Shown in pieces: positions 52,099 to 63,849 of a stretch of 64,000 bases of DNA. The notes below the pieces were generated by a model that had not been told where the DNA came from, did no database searches, and saw only the letters and a list, made by a program, of their open reading frames with translations. The number at the start of each line of letters is the position of its first letter. Positions within the stretch are counted from its first letter, which is position 1. A program made the translations under genes and the position numbers. The DNA comes from Zootoca vivipara (lineage: Eukaryota): contig NC_083291.1 of assembly GCF_963506605.1 (NCBI RefSeq), forward strand, positions 38,254,001 through 38,318,000, written 5' to 3'.

Positions 52099-53093
52099 TC
52101 CTATATAATAATGTCCATGTTGTCCCTGCGTCCAGATGTCCCGTGTGTCCCTGGGGTACTGCGCATGTACCCCAGAGACACAGGGATTGGACGGAGGGAC
52201 AACGGCCAACCGCCGCTCCGCCAACCGCCGCTCCGAAGCCCAGTCTCATGCTGGAGGTGCACGGCGAGGCGGCGGGGGAAAGAAGCGCTCCCCCCGGCAG
52301 CCTTGCCGCGCACCTCCGGCATGGGACGGCGCTTCCTCGGCCGAAGCGGCAGCGGGCGCCGAGGGAAGCCGGCTTTGGCTTGGTGGCGGCGGGAAGAAGA
52401 GGAGGAATTCCTCCTCTTTTTCCCGCCGCCGCCAAGCCAGTCCCCAAGCCAAAGTGCGGCGCGGCGGGGGCTTTTCGCCGTTTGCCTTCCCGGAGCGAAG
52501 GGGGAGGCAAACGGCGAAAAGCACCCGCCGCGCCGCACTTCGGCTCGGGGACTGGCTTGGCGTGCGCGGCGAGGCGGTGGGGGGGGGGGAGAAGCGCTCC
52601 TCCCCCCCGCCGCCTCGGCACGCAGCGCCGGCATGGGACGGAGTTTCGGAGAAGGTCTCCGAAGCCCCGTCTCATGCGGGAGGTGCGCGGTGAGGCGGCG
52701 GGGGGGGAGAAGCGCTCCCCCCCCCCTGCGCCTCACCACGCAGCGCCGACATGGGACGGGGCTTCGGAGACCTTCTCCGAAGCCCCGTCTCATGCGGGAG
52801 GTGCGCGGCGAGGCGGCGGGGGGAGAGAAGCGCTCCTCCCCCCCCCCGCCGCCTCACCACGCAGTGCCGGCATGGGACGGAGTTTTGGAGAAGGTCTCCG
52901 AAGCCCCGTCTCATGCGGGAGGTGCGCAGCGGGGGGGGCAGGAGAAGTGCTTCTCTCTCCCCCCCCCCGCCGCCTCGCCACGCACCTCCCGCATGAGACG
53001 GGGCTTCGGAGACCTCCGAAGCTCCGTCCCATGCTGGCGCTGCAGGACAGCAGCGTTCTAGCGCCCGTTTTTAAACGGGCTGAATTCCACTAG
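52099..53093 (+). mobile_element. GC-rich non-autonomous Helitron, family B, with internal repeats of about 120 bp
   Basis: A|TC start, 3' hairpin GCCCGTTT-tt-AAACGGGC, CTAG|T end. Inserted in a (TAA)n tract with no TSD. Confidence 0.8.
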
Positions 53094-53286
53094 TAATAAT
53101 AATAAAACATTCAAAAATTAAAAACCAGGAATAAACTTAAAACACATCAGAATTCTAGAAATCTGGGTAATTTCTTTTGTGAGCCGAATCTTCTTCCCAT
53201 GTGCTCTCCATCCCCAAGCCCACGGCTCCCCACCTGCGCCCAATACCCTCCCACATCTCTCCCATGGAAAAAGGGACATAGTAAGG

Positions 53287-53467
53287 CAGGCATGTCCCAA
53301 ATCCGTTTCGGGGGCCTAATCCGGCCCGCCGGTCGGTTTAATCCGGCCACTGTGATGGTTCATCTCCTGGGGTAAAATTCTTTTAAAAAGCTCAACTTCT
53401 TCAGTCTTTTAAAAAAGCTCAACACCGTCAAATCTGGCTCTCTTTGAAAAAGGTTTGAGCACCCCTG
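53287..53467. mobile_element. hAT MITE
   Basis: CAGG...CCTG ends and 8-bp TSD tagtaagg/tactaagg. Confidence 0.75.
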
Positions 53468-53499
53468 TACTAAGGGAACATTCCTAAGGGACCTTCCCG

Positions 53500-55800
53500 C
53501 ATGAAATCGGAAGCCCAGGTCGGCTTTCCTACATCAGGGGCGCCCCTGGAGAAGAGGGGGGTCCGCGCGCCCCTTTCCGACCTTTGCCTTGGCGCCTCTC
53601 TCTCTCTCTCTGCCGGGGGGGGGGGGTGTCTGGGAGCCCCTTTCCCTCCCCGGAGCCCCTCGCCCTCGCCCTTCTCTACCACGCAGCCGCTGCCGGCTGC
53701 CGGCTGGTTTCTGCAAGGCCCAGAAACCCAAGAGGGGCAGCTTCCCCACCTCGGCGCTGGGGGAAGTGGGTGCCAGACGGAGATGACAGACTCCGGGAAT
53801 GAAGCGAAAGGAAAGAGGCGCCTTTGTTCACCCACCGCGCCTCCTCTCCTCTTCTCCCCATTGCACCCCACTCACCTCCTGCTCCTGCTAGCTGCCTTCA
53901 AACGCCTCTTCTTTCTTATCGCGGCGAGAAAGAAGCAGCTCGGCCCAGAAGCGCCCCAGTTTTGCAAACTCTCTTCCCACGCAAATATTTTTATTTATTT
54001 ATTTTAATTTTAATAAAGAGGCGTAATGAGAAACAGAGGGTCGTAAAGCGTTCTCGGACACTTAGCGGTCGTGAACTGTCGCAAAAGGTTAATCGAGTGA
54101 CACGCGCGCTTTCTGGCAAGGCCTCGGAGCCGGATGGTGGTTCAGAGTGACGCGCGCGAACGGAGCTTCCGCTAAATGTTGAAGGCGCCCCATTAGGCAG
54201 CAATGTCGCTCTACCCCGTGGCATCTCTATGGTGGAATCCCTATTCGCCTCGCCTTGGGAGTTAAAAGTGGGAAATATCCTGCTTTAATTTAGTGAGGAA
54301 TAATCACGAATAATGAACCTCCTCCGGCCTTGTTTTATGATACGAGTGGAGAACTCCGGCATTTTGAAAGACAAACAGAAACAGACAGGACCGGCTTTTG
54401 TTCTTAGATTAGGAACTTCCTTATGGGTTTTAAAAAAAGAGCTGGCTGAGCTCGCTTAAAACATGCTGCCCCCCTTTCATATAAGCATATTTTATTCCTT
54501 ATCTCTCTGTGTGTGATACACATATATTTTAAATGGGAGCAAACACAATATTCCAAGTGCAATGTCCCTATATTTGACGCCCTTTAACAGCGCGATCCTA
54601 TACATGTTACTCAAAGGGACTTGCTTTGTTTCAGGAGACTCACGGCGCAATCCTGGTGCACGTTTTCAAAGAAGTGCTACTGAGTTACTCCCAGAAAAGC
54701 GTGCATATAGAATTGCAACCTTTATTTAATGTAATAGATCACGGGATATTACTTTGTTTTGTATGTTGTTTATTTCAAGTCATAACCATAGCTGCCAAGT
54801 TATCCCTTTTTTAAAGGGATTTTCCCTTATGCTGAATAGGCTTCCTCGTGAGAAAAGGGAAAACTTGGCAGCTATGGTCATAACTACTTGTATCGGATCG
54901 GATTGCTATAAGATGTGCTACCTTTGCGGTATGTGTTGTTGCTTCTTCAGCTTGTAAAGCCCCTTGCATATACAGAAGGTGATATGCAAATAAAAAGTGA
55001 TGATGGCGATTTGTAACTGAATCTCATCTCGCCACATGCAAATCCTTTCCCCCATGGAAATGCGTTGAAGCCGAAAGCGTGAATGGATGTAGCACGCGAG
55101 CATCCAAACGGCAGCCAGTCCTAAAGCAAAGATCTCTCTTATTGTGAAGGAGAAAAACAAACGCAACGGCGTGAAACGTTTGGCAAAGGACTACATTTCC
55201 CAGTAGCCGCTTTAGGGTTGACGCTAGAAGCCGTCTCCAGCTGGCCGAAGCTTCCCCGTGCCCCGGTTCCCATTCATCAGTCCCGGAGCCGTGCACGATC
55301 TCGGGAGCCGCCGGCATGTCTTCTTCTTCTGCAGCGGCGGAACCCGAGAGCAAAGCGCTGCCCATCGTCGTGAGGACGTACTTCTCCGAGGTCGTGGAAG
55401 ACGACGGGAACTTCATCCAGGCAGTTTGTAGCCTGTGCAGGCACAAGAGGAAGACCATCCGAGGGCAGCACAAGGCGCCATCCAATTTCACCAAGCACGT
55501 GCAGGTACAGAATGGCAGCAAAGGGCCACTACGCATTCGTACGTGAGCCAGCCCGATTTGCAGATAGGTTTAAGATTAGCGATCCGGTAGCCCCCGTGGG
55601 CACGGCCGGCATGCAAACTCCCCGTGCCATCGTGCAAAAGGGCCTGCGGCTCAGGTGCTCCGTGCGCTTCTACGCGGCAGGGCCGCTTATTACGCTCAGG
55701 AGCGCTTTGCCGTTATTACCTATCCACCCGCGCGGCAGCATCTTGTTTCGGACCTCGATGTCGCCTGTTTCGAGTGCGCGCGTTCAAGCAACCTTGGCCG
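53500..55800. promoter_or_regulatory. Divergent promoter region: CpG islands of TAFAZZIN (about 53500-54260) and of the transposase-derived gene (about 55050-55800)
   Basis: Two CpG-rich blocks with oppositely oriented first exons. A ZNF143/THAP11-type motif ACTACATTTCCCAGTAGCC is at 55190-55208. Confidence 0.65.
53876..53970 (-). other. TAFAZZIN: Probable non-coding first exon of TAFAZZIN (5' boundary approximate)
   Basis: The ATG-bearing exon is preceded by an acceptor (ctctttggcag, exon start 51093). A strong donor GAG|gtgagt lies at 53870-53875 inside a CpG island. Confidence 0.6.
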
Positions 55801-58800
55801 TCCTCAGGAGATCAGATTCAGGCCATGGGCCTCCTCCTGCAGTTCCTAATCTCTACCCTTAGGGCTGGAACAGGGATGTGGCTCTCCAGGTGTTGTTGTT
55901 GAGCTACCGTACTTTCATCAGCCCCAAGCCAACATGACCAGTGAGTGGGTCAGGCATGGTCCAGCAAGATCTGGAGAGCCACAAGTTCCCTGCCCCCAGG
56001 CTAAATAAAGAGTTCTCTGCATTGCAAGGAATGAAGTCTGGATTCTTACATCACCTGATTCCACAAATTGTGGCTGACCTCTCCAGTCCTCAAGGATCCT
56101 AGTCTTGGACTGGAGAAGGGATAGCATGCCACGTTGGAGAACCACATCAAAATATTTTCGTACAATTACAAATGCCAAACTACAGCAGATAAATTTATTG
56201 TCTTTAGGATGATCTTACTTTAAAATAATAATAATGAAATAGGAAATGATTAGAACATAAGAAGAATCTTGCAGGGATGGGGAAGCTGTGGACCTCCAAG
56301 TGTTGTTGAACTACGGCTCCCATCGTCCCTGACCACCGGCCATGGTGGCTGAGGGTGATGGGAGTCTGACGTCCTCTGGAGAGTCACCAGTCCCGTCATC
56401 CCATGTTTAGTGGCTCCAGCCAAAGGTCCATAGGAAACCATTATTCTGTTTGGTAAGGCCTGCCAGATGCTTCAGGAAAGCTCATAAAATGAGTGGGAAA
56501 GTACCCATCACCAATTTTTTTATGCCCAGCATTTGGTATTTTACAGATATACTGCCTCTGAATACTGTATGCTGATTCTAATCGGTTGTCATAGCTAAGA
56601 GACTTTGCAAAAAGCATACCTTAAAATCTGAGGTGTTATTAAGTTTTAGCAAGTTTAGTGGATCCTTTTGCTTCTTTGCTTTTTCCATTTAGCAATTTGG
56701 CAGCACTCCTGCAAATTTCTCTGTAAGGTTATGGAGACTGGATATTTTAAAATAAAAATAAAGGGGCTGGATTCAGCTAATGAGTGGACATCCACGTAAG
56801 GACTAGTGCAATGGGACTTTCCTCCCCACTGCAACCCCCATTGGCTTAGGTTGGGGTTGGGAGAATCCCCAGAACAGCACATGGGGTGTGGTAGGAGGAG
56901 AGGGGAGTTGATTCCATCAAGGAAGCAGAAATGTTTGTGCTGATGAAGCAATCTCCTTAGTGCTATGTTGAATTCCTCCCAATATCTGTGAGATCCTGAC
57001 TCCACAGGCCACTGAGCAATTCATCAGGTCTGTCAGTATCTTTGCATGTGACAAGCATTTTTCTATTTCTGTATGATTCCCACAATAATTTCTATATCCT
57101 ACAGCACTGATTGAAATAGTTCTCCTCTGTTGCAGAGAATCCATGGAGAAAAATATCTGAAGCTGATGCACAAAAGGAAAAATATCCATTGCAAACAAAT
57201 TGGTACTGGCATGTTAAAGGTTTCTGAGAAAATTCCAAAATACTGTGAGCCTCGTTGGGACCCTTACTCACAGTATCAGCTCTGTGATCGGTCTTTATCC
57301 GAAGAAAACCTGGATCAACTAATTCTCAATTTTCTCATCACTGATATGCTTCCCTTGTCGATTGTCGACGGAAGTGGCTTCCACACTTTGATTAAAGGGA
57401 TTATTCCCAGTGCTACAGTCACTTCTACAGAAACCTTACGGAACAACCTTGCAAGACAGTATGCCTTGGTTCTTGAAAAAATTAAAAGGAAATTGGACTC
57501 AGTTTCTTATGTTTGTACAACTGCAGATGTGTGGACGCATCAGGGGCAAAGTTATGTGGGCGTCACATGCCACTGGATCAATTCAGCTAACTTGACAAGA
57601 GAATCTGCTGCCTTAAGCTTCCAACGCTTTCCTGGGCCATGTTCATACAGCAAGCTTGCTTCTGTGCTGACTGAGATCCATTCGCAGTATGATTTGGATT
57701 CCACAAAAATAACACACATTGTCACGGACAACAGGAACCATTTCCAGAAAACCTTTCAGCTGTTCCCTGGACCCAAAGAGCAGCTGGACCAGCAAGAGGG
57801 GAATGATGTGGAGAAGCAAGTGGATCCCACGGATGCTGATGCCTGTGTCAATGTGCGCATTTATGAAGCCTTGTCAAATGACACCATTGATTCTTCGGAC
57901 CTCTTCTACCTGCCACCCCGTGTGGCCTGCTTTTCCTGCACACTCAGCTTTGTGGCTGCGACAGCTGCTTCCAAAGCACTGGCCACCAACCCTCCATACA
58001 AGCACCTTTTCCAAAGCGTGGCAAGCAAATGCTGTGCTTTAAGGAATGTTTCCCAAGATAGCTTGAAAAATGCAGAGCTTGTCAATTACGCCCTTGGAAA
58101 GTCTCTCCCCAAACCAGCCTCCGTATGGAATTCTGAGTTTGACTGTTTCTGTCGCATATACGACATGCGTGACACGGTGAATCTCATAATGGCCTGCCTC
58201 CAGCTTCCAAAATTTACCAACCTGGAGCTGGAGTTCTTAGGGGAGTGGTTGGAGGTGATGTCTCCGATCGCTACAGCACTTGACAAGCTTCAGACAGAAG
58301 AGGCCATCGAGTCTTTCTGTGGTGCTGTCCTGCCCATGGTGCTTGTGTTAAACAGCCGACTTGAGTCGGTGTCTCCAAAATACACTTCTTGCCTGGCAGA
58401 TGCACTGAAGGGGGAGCTTCAGAAGCAGTTTGCGCACATGCTGACCTTTGACACAGCCGTAAGTAGTAAAAATACCAAGCCACTAGTCGTTGCTTCTGTA
58501 TCACATCCATTTTTTAAATTGCGTTGGCTGCAAAGTCAAGATGATAAGAAGATTGCTCAGGAGCTTTTCTTACGGGAGCTGCTCCGCTGTGACACTCTGT
58601 CGTCGAAGGCTGACAGTCAAGCAGCAGCAATGAAAGCTGCCGACGATTTTTATGGCTTTGATGATCAGGGAGTGGCGGCAGCTGAGTCTGCATTAAGAAA
58701 TATTGGGGTGCAGTTCCTCAACGATCCATCGCATGAGCTGAGGCAACTGAAAAGATACCCAGCCATCGCCAAGCTTTTTATCAAGTTCAACACCACTCTG

Positions 58801-58932
58801 CCAAATTCTGCTCCTGTAGAAAAACTGCTCTGCCACAATGGACAAATCCTGGGACCCAAAATGGCCTCCCTTCAGGATGACGTGTTAGAGATGATGATGT
58901 TGTTGCAGAAAAACTCCCAGTTTCTTGTATGA
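55316..58932 (+). CDS. BED zinc-finger, Tol2-like hAT transposase-derived protein (ZBED-like), 2 exons, 661 aa
   Basis: Exon 1 55316-55504 (CAG|gtacag) joins exon 2 57136-58932 (ctctgttgcag|AGA) in phase 0, completing the BED finger CSLC...SNFTKHVQ|RIH. hAT motifs: CTTADVWT, YVGVTCHWI, RESAAL, IVTDN, VWNS, FLGEWLEVMSPIATALDKLQ, HPFFKLRW and the C-terminal YPAIAKLFIKFNTTLPNSAPVEKL. No stops or frameshifts. Confidence 0.92.
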
Positions 58933-59781
58933 TATATGTCCATAGAGCAGTGGCCTAAAGCCAACATGGTGCCCTCCATATGTTGTTGGACGGCAACTCC
59001 TATAATCATCTCTACCCATTGGTCATACTGGCTGGAGTTGGAGTGCCACAGGCTCCCACACCACTGCTCTGCAGGCCAGTTTTTCCACATGTTCCACCTT
59101 CAGAAAAACTCTTTCCATGTTGCTCCTTCTGCTGAGGCACCAATGAAACTGTCACATCCCTCCTATGCATTGCAGAGTGTTTTGGGGCATGTTCTAGGGC
59201 TGGCTCAAGAAAGGTGCTGTTGTTGCTGTTGCTGTACTAAGCAGCGTAGCTATGTTGGGATACAGGGACTCACCAGTAACTTGCCAGTACCTTGCCCTTA
59301 AGTAGACCTCAGTCCCTACCACCAAGCAACGACAGGGCAATGAATCCTGAGGAGGTCGTGTTTGCTCTCCTTGCCTCCATTTGTGCTAGAAGGGGCATGG
59401 TAGCTCTTGTTCATCTGCTTGGTGGGAGAGATACCTGGAGGATATAAAGCCACAGGGAGAGGGAGGAGGGGCAGTGGAAGGACAGAGAACAGGCTACCTA
59501 GGCATCTAAGAGGGCTCTCCACACAAATAAGGGTGGCTTGGCCCATGCAATCTTACGCAATCTTGCTGAGTTTTCCCCAGACAGTTGCCCATTGCGCCTG
59601 CATGGTGAGGACCAGACCTGTGTTCACTCAGTTCATGCTGAGCACTGGACAAGCTTGTTGGCTTTCATAAAAACTTGAAATTTGAAATTTGCTGCTTTGA
59701 ACTGTATTCTTTTGATAAATATTTTACACTATGTTTTATGTAAAGCATAGCATTGATTAAGTGACATATACATTTTGTTAA

Positions 59782-59787
59782 AATAAA
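59782..59787 (+). terminator. Probable polyadenylation signal of the transposase-derived gene
   Basis: AATAAA in AT-rich sequence about 850 nt after the stop codon. Confidence 0.55.
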
Positions 59788-59841
59788 ACATTTCCATGGT
59801 CTTGAACTGACAGTGCACCCTGACTGTATATTGCACAGGAA

Positions 59842-59842
59842 G

Positions 59843-59887
<45 letters not shown>
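59842..59887. repeat. (AAT)n microsatellite
   Basis: About 15 units, at the tail of a retroelement fragment. Confidence 0.95.
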
Positions 59888-61842
59888 TATTTATTATTTA
59901 TACCCTGCCCATCTGGCTGGGCCTCCCCAGCCACTCTGGCGGCTTCCAACAGAAGTAAAAATGTTCACACTGCGTGCGCAGATGTAGCAACCTTCTCCTC
60001 TGTAACCGCTGAACCAAATTGCATCAAATTAGGGCAAAGCGTACCTTACCAATCAGGGAGGGATCTGGCATAAACATTTTTTTAAAAAAACCCACCTTCC
60101 ATACCTAAAATAATGATTAAACACAAAAAGTGGTGCCCAAATTAGACATCACCAGCAAAACCTCTGAAGACTCCAGCAGCATCCAATAGAAAGGCAGATC
60201 TCCAAGGGTGGGGCCAAATTGTTATCTCATCAACCACCGTCCAGCAACCGCCAAAATGACCATTCCACACCCAAAGCCTAAGGACAGACCCCGGCACCAC
60301 CACACCCACCCCACGATCCAGGCCCTACTCCGACGTCCCCACCAAAGCCATAACAGCCGGATTTAGAAGGCGATTGGGCTGCATCCGGCCCCCAGGCCTT
60401 AGGTTGCCTACCCGATATAGAATCTTGCCTAAGAAAGTGAGCTGGCAAATCCCCTGGTTCAAATCTCCCCTCAGTTATGACCCCATTAGATTGCCTCAGG
60501 CAAGTCACTCTGGTAGCTTCAGCTTTGCATGCAGAAGGACTCAGGTTCAATTCTCGGCATCTCCAATTAAAAAAGCACTTTGAGTAACAGTTAGTTAATT
60601 GGGGCAGTATCCAACTAACTTGTTCCATCAGTGCAAGGATTTCACTTATCTTCTGGCACATATCTGCAATAAAGAGGTAATAATGGTGGCCTACCTCACA
60701 GAACAGTTATAAGAAGTATTGAGAGAATATATATAGCTTTCAACAATTGGGTTAAGCACTATATAAATGCTAGATATTATTGTTGGATGATTTATATAAT
60801 GTAGCAGACATGTCAGAAGAATACCCACATTTTCATGGTTCACTGTTGTTTTTTGTCAAAACATTTGCATTTATAACATTTAAATTTCAGAAAGCCACTA
60901 TATATGATACTTTTTAAAAGTGCAAATGAAAAAAACTGACCATTGAAATTCTTCATAACTCAACAAGCAACAGCTGAAACCCCAAACAGATAACTGTTTC
61001 ATGTGGAGAAAGACTGTACTCAGAGCTGGCCTACCCATGAAGCAAGTTGGGGCGACCACCTCAGGTGGTAGGATTCATCACCTGAATTGGCAGCAGATCC
61101 TGATGTTGATCTTCTCCCCCCCCCCTTGTTCCTGATGGGGAGCAGGGCACCATTTTGGGGCCCTGCCTATACTCAGTGAAACTCCTGCATAGCATTGCAC
61201 CTTCTAGCCAGGAAGTTTTGATTAAAACAATGAGGAGGATGTAAGGATGTTTAAGATTCTTTTGTGTTCTTTGCTTATCAGATTTTCCACAGAAATTGTA
61301 GATTTGGATTACAGTAAATGGAGAAATAACATGGGGTGGCATTTTGACGAGGGTGATGTCCTGCAGATACGGCACAAAACATGCACGCATGAGCAGCTCT
61401 TGAGTGCACAATAAACTACTGTAGAAGTGCCCACAAGTTGCTTCTTCAAGTATACATGGCACAGACCTCTGAGGGCTCGGGTAGGTAAAAGTATATATAA
61501 CTAGTATGTCTGTATTGCTAGCAGACCTAGAAGTTAACTGGCAGCCATGCGTTTAAGCTGTCCTGGTTCTTGGTGTCTGCCTCCAGTCCCAACCCCTGCC
61601 ATGTATATGATCTGACCTGTTATCCTGGTATGTCCAACAAGCAGTAACACACATTGCATTGAAAATGCTTTTGCTTTCTCAGATGTTGAGCTTGGTACTT
61701 AAGGAACTTTTATTAGTGCTAGTGAAGACATACAGTACTGCATAATGGATTACCATAGTATTACCACATCAGTTTTAAGCAAGTTGCCCCACACTTTCAC
61801 TGAATGTGATGACATTCAGTTGTTGCTTGATATAGTTTCACT

Positions 61843-61986
61843 CATGGGCGTAGCCAGGATTTTTGTGAGCGGGGGGGGGGGCAGGCCTTTGTTGGGGGGC
61901 AGAACCTAATTTACCTATTTATTTATATTTATTTATTTATTTGGGGGGACAGCTGCCCCTTCCTGCCCCCCTTGGCTACGCCCATG
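61843..61986. mobile_element. hAT MITE
   Basis: TIRs CATGGGCGTAGCCA / TGGCTACGCCCATG and 8-bp TSD gtttcact/gttgcact. Confidence 0.82.
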
Positions 61987-63097
61987 GTTGCACTGACCAT
62001 ACATGGTTGTGATGACAAAACCAGGTTGGAAGCACAATTTACTATTCCATAAGCATGGTTTTATGAAAGCATGGGTCTTTCTGACATTTATTCCTATTAT
62101 TATTAGTGCTTAGAGTTATGTCCTTTTTGTGTATGTGCTGAGTTGCTGTGTTCAAATGTCTATTGATTTTTTATTTCAGTGTGCTGATGTACACGTTTGA
62201 TTTTGAGTCACTTGAGATTTATTAGATAGGGGAATGTCCTGAGGATGCCCTGGGGAACAATGAAGCCTGTGGGATTCCTGAAACAAAGAAATGTGGGGGC
62301 GGATGGAGAGATAGGAGTATGCTGAGTAGCCAGTAGAACAAGAATTGCACTTGTTTTACTGGTTTGGGAATTGATCAGAGAGGAGAGAGAATGAATATGG
62401 GAATTCCTGTTTGAATTGCAAACTAGTTGCAACATAGGGTATGGGATAAGAAAGGCAAATCCTGCACCTTTTCAGACAAAAAATAATACTCGAAACTGTT
62501 ATTAAACTATATCCATTTTGTGCAGTATCCATCCTATCACCATTGAATGGAACTGGAGTTAATATGCTTGCAGGGATTATTGCCCCCCCCCCCGTAACAA
62601 GAAAGGGTGGTAGATGTACACCACTGTGCTAAAGGATAGGGCTGCACATGTTTCAAGTGAAAAAAATAATAAAATAAAAGTTTATGTAAATAAAATATTT
62701 AAATTGTTTTTCTAGAAATTGCAAGAGATCACAATATTGCCAAGCAATAGTGTTCACTATCCCTCCTGAACGAAGTGTGCAGAAGCTTTACATACATTAA
62801 TTAGTGTGATGATGTATCTGTCCTTCCACCACAAACATGCCTTGATCATGAGAAGGTGTCCCTCTGACTGCCATATGCTGTATCATAACATCAGACAGTA
62901 AATAATGTTTGCTTTCTTGGTTGTTTAGATATGTGGCTAGTAAGATGCAAATACTGGCAAGCAGCAACCATTTGGTTCCTTTTTTAACATATGTAGGTCT
63001 GGTTCATACATTTGGCAACCCCTGTTTGACCACCTAAGGAAGCACCCAGAAGACTCATGGTCCAGGCCAGGGAGAATCAAGTGGTACCAGTCGCCAC

Positions 63098-63444
63098 AAA
63101 GGTAAAGGGACCCCAGACCATTAGGTCCAGTCGTGACCAATTCTGGGGTTGCGATGCTCATCTCGCGTTATTGGCTGAGGGAGCCGGCGTACAGCTTCCA
63201 GGTCATGTGGCCAGCATGACAAAGCTGCTTCTGGCGAACCAGAGCAGCGCACGGAAACGCCGTTTACCTTCTCACCGGAGCGGTACCTATTTATCTACTT
63301 GCACTCACTTTGATGTGCTTTCGAACTAGGAGCTGGGACCGAGCAACGGGAGCTCACCCCGTCACGGGGATTCAAACCGCTGACCTTCTTCTGATCGGCA
63401 AGCCCTAGGCTCTGTGGTTTAACCCACAGCGCCACCCTCGTCCC
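63098..63444 (-). mobile_element. Sauria SINE
   Basis: Reverse complement of the full-length SINE. Confidence 0.88.
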
Positions 63445-63849
63445 TGTACTGACACCTTAATGTGGCAGCTAGACATGCCACATGATCTATGTATATATTG
63501 GGTCAAATGATACACACCAGGGGCAAGTCATCGAGCTCTATAAGCCCCATCACATTCATTGAAATGCACTCAGTATATGTGTGGAATAGGCTATATTAGC
63601 CATGCCAGCCACCTGCCCCTCCTGTCAGTCATTGGCACGAAAACGCAACACCGAAATGGGCTGATTTGTGGGTTACCCCGGGATGGGAGCCCGTGAGAGG
63701 GTGCCCTACGAGGACGGGGTGGGGAGGCAGAACGAAGCCAGCTTCCTTTGTACGTTTTATCCACCTTAAAAAGTTCTGCCCCGTTTTCTGACGAGCTTCC
63801 TCCATAAAGCGGCTTACAGTTTTATTTAAAACAGAAGGGTTGCACAACG

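Noticed and set aside
51984-53093. 369-aa, 316-aa and overlapping ORFs in several frames
   Set aside because: They lie within a GC-rich repetitive Helitron, are open on both strands, and give low-complexity translations with no domain.
57130-57135. TTG start of the 600-aa ORF
   Set aside because: TTGCAG is the splice acceptor; the real N-terminus is exon 1 at 55316.
54300-59900. Intact autonomous transposon with TIRs around the transposase
   Set aside because: No inverted termini or 8-bp TSD found by eye, and key accessory catalytic residues are altered. A computational TIR search is still needed.
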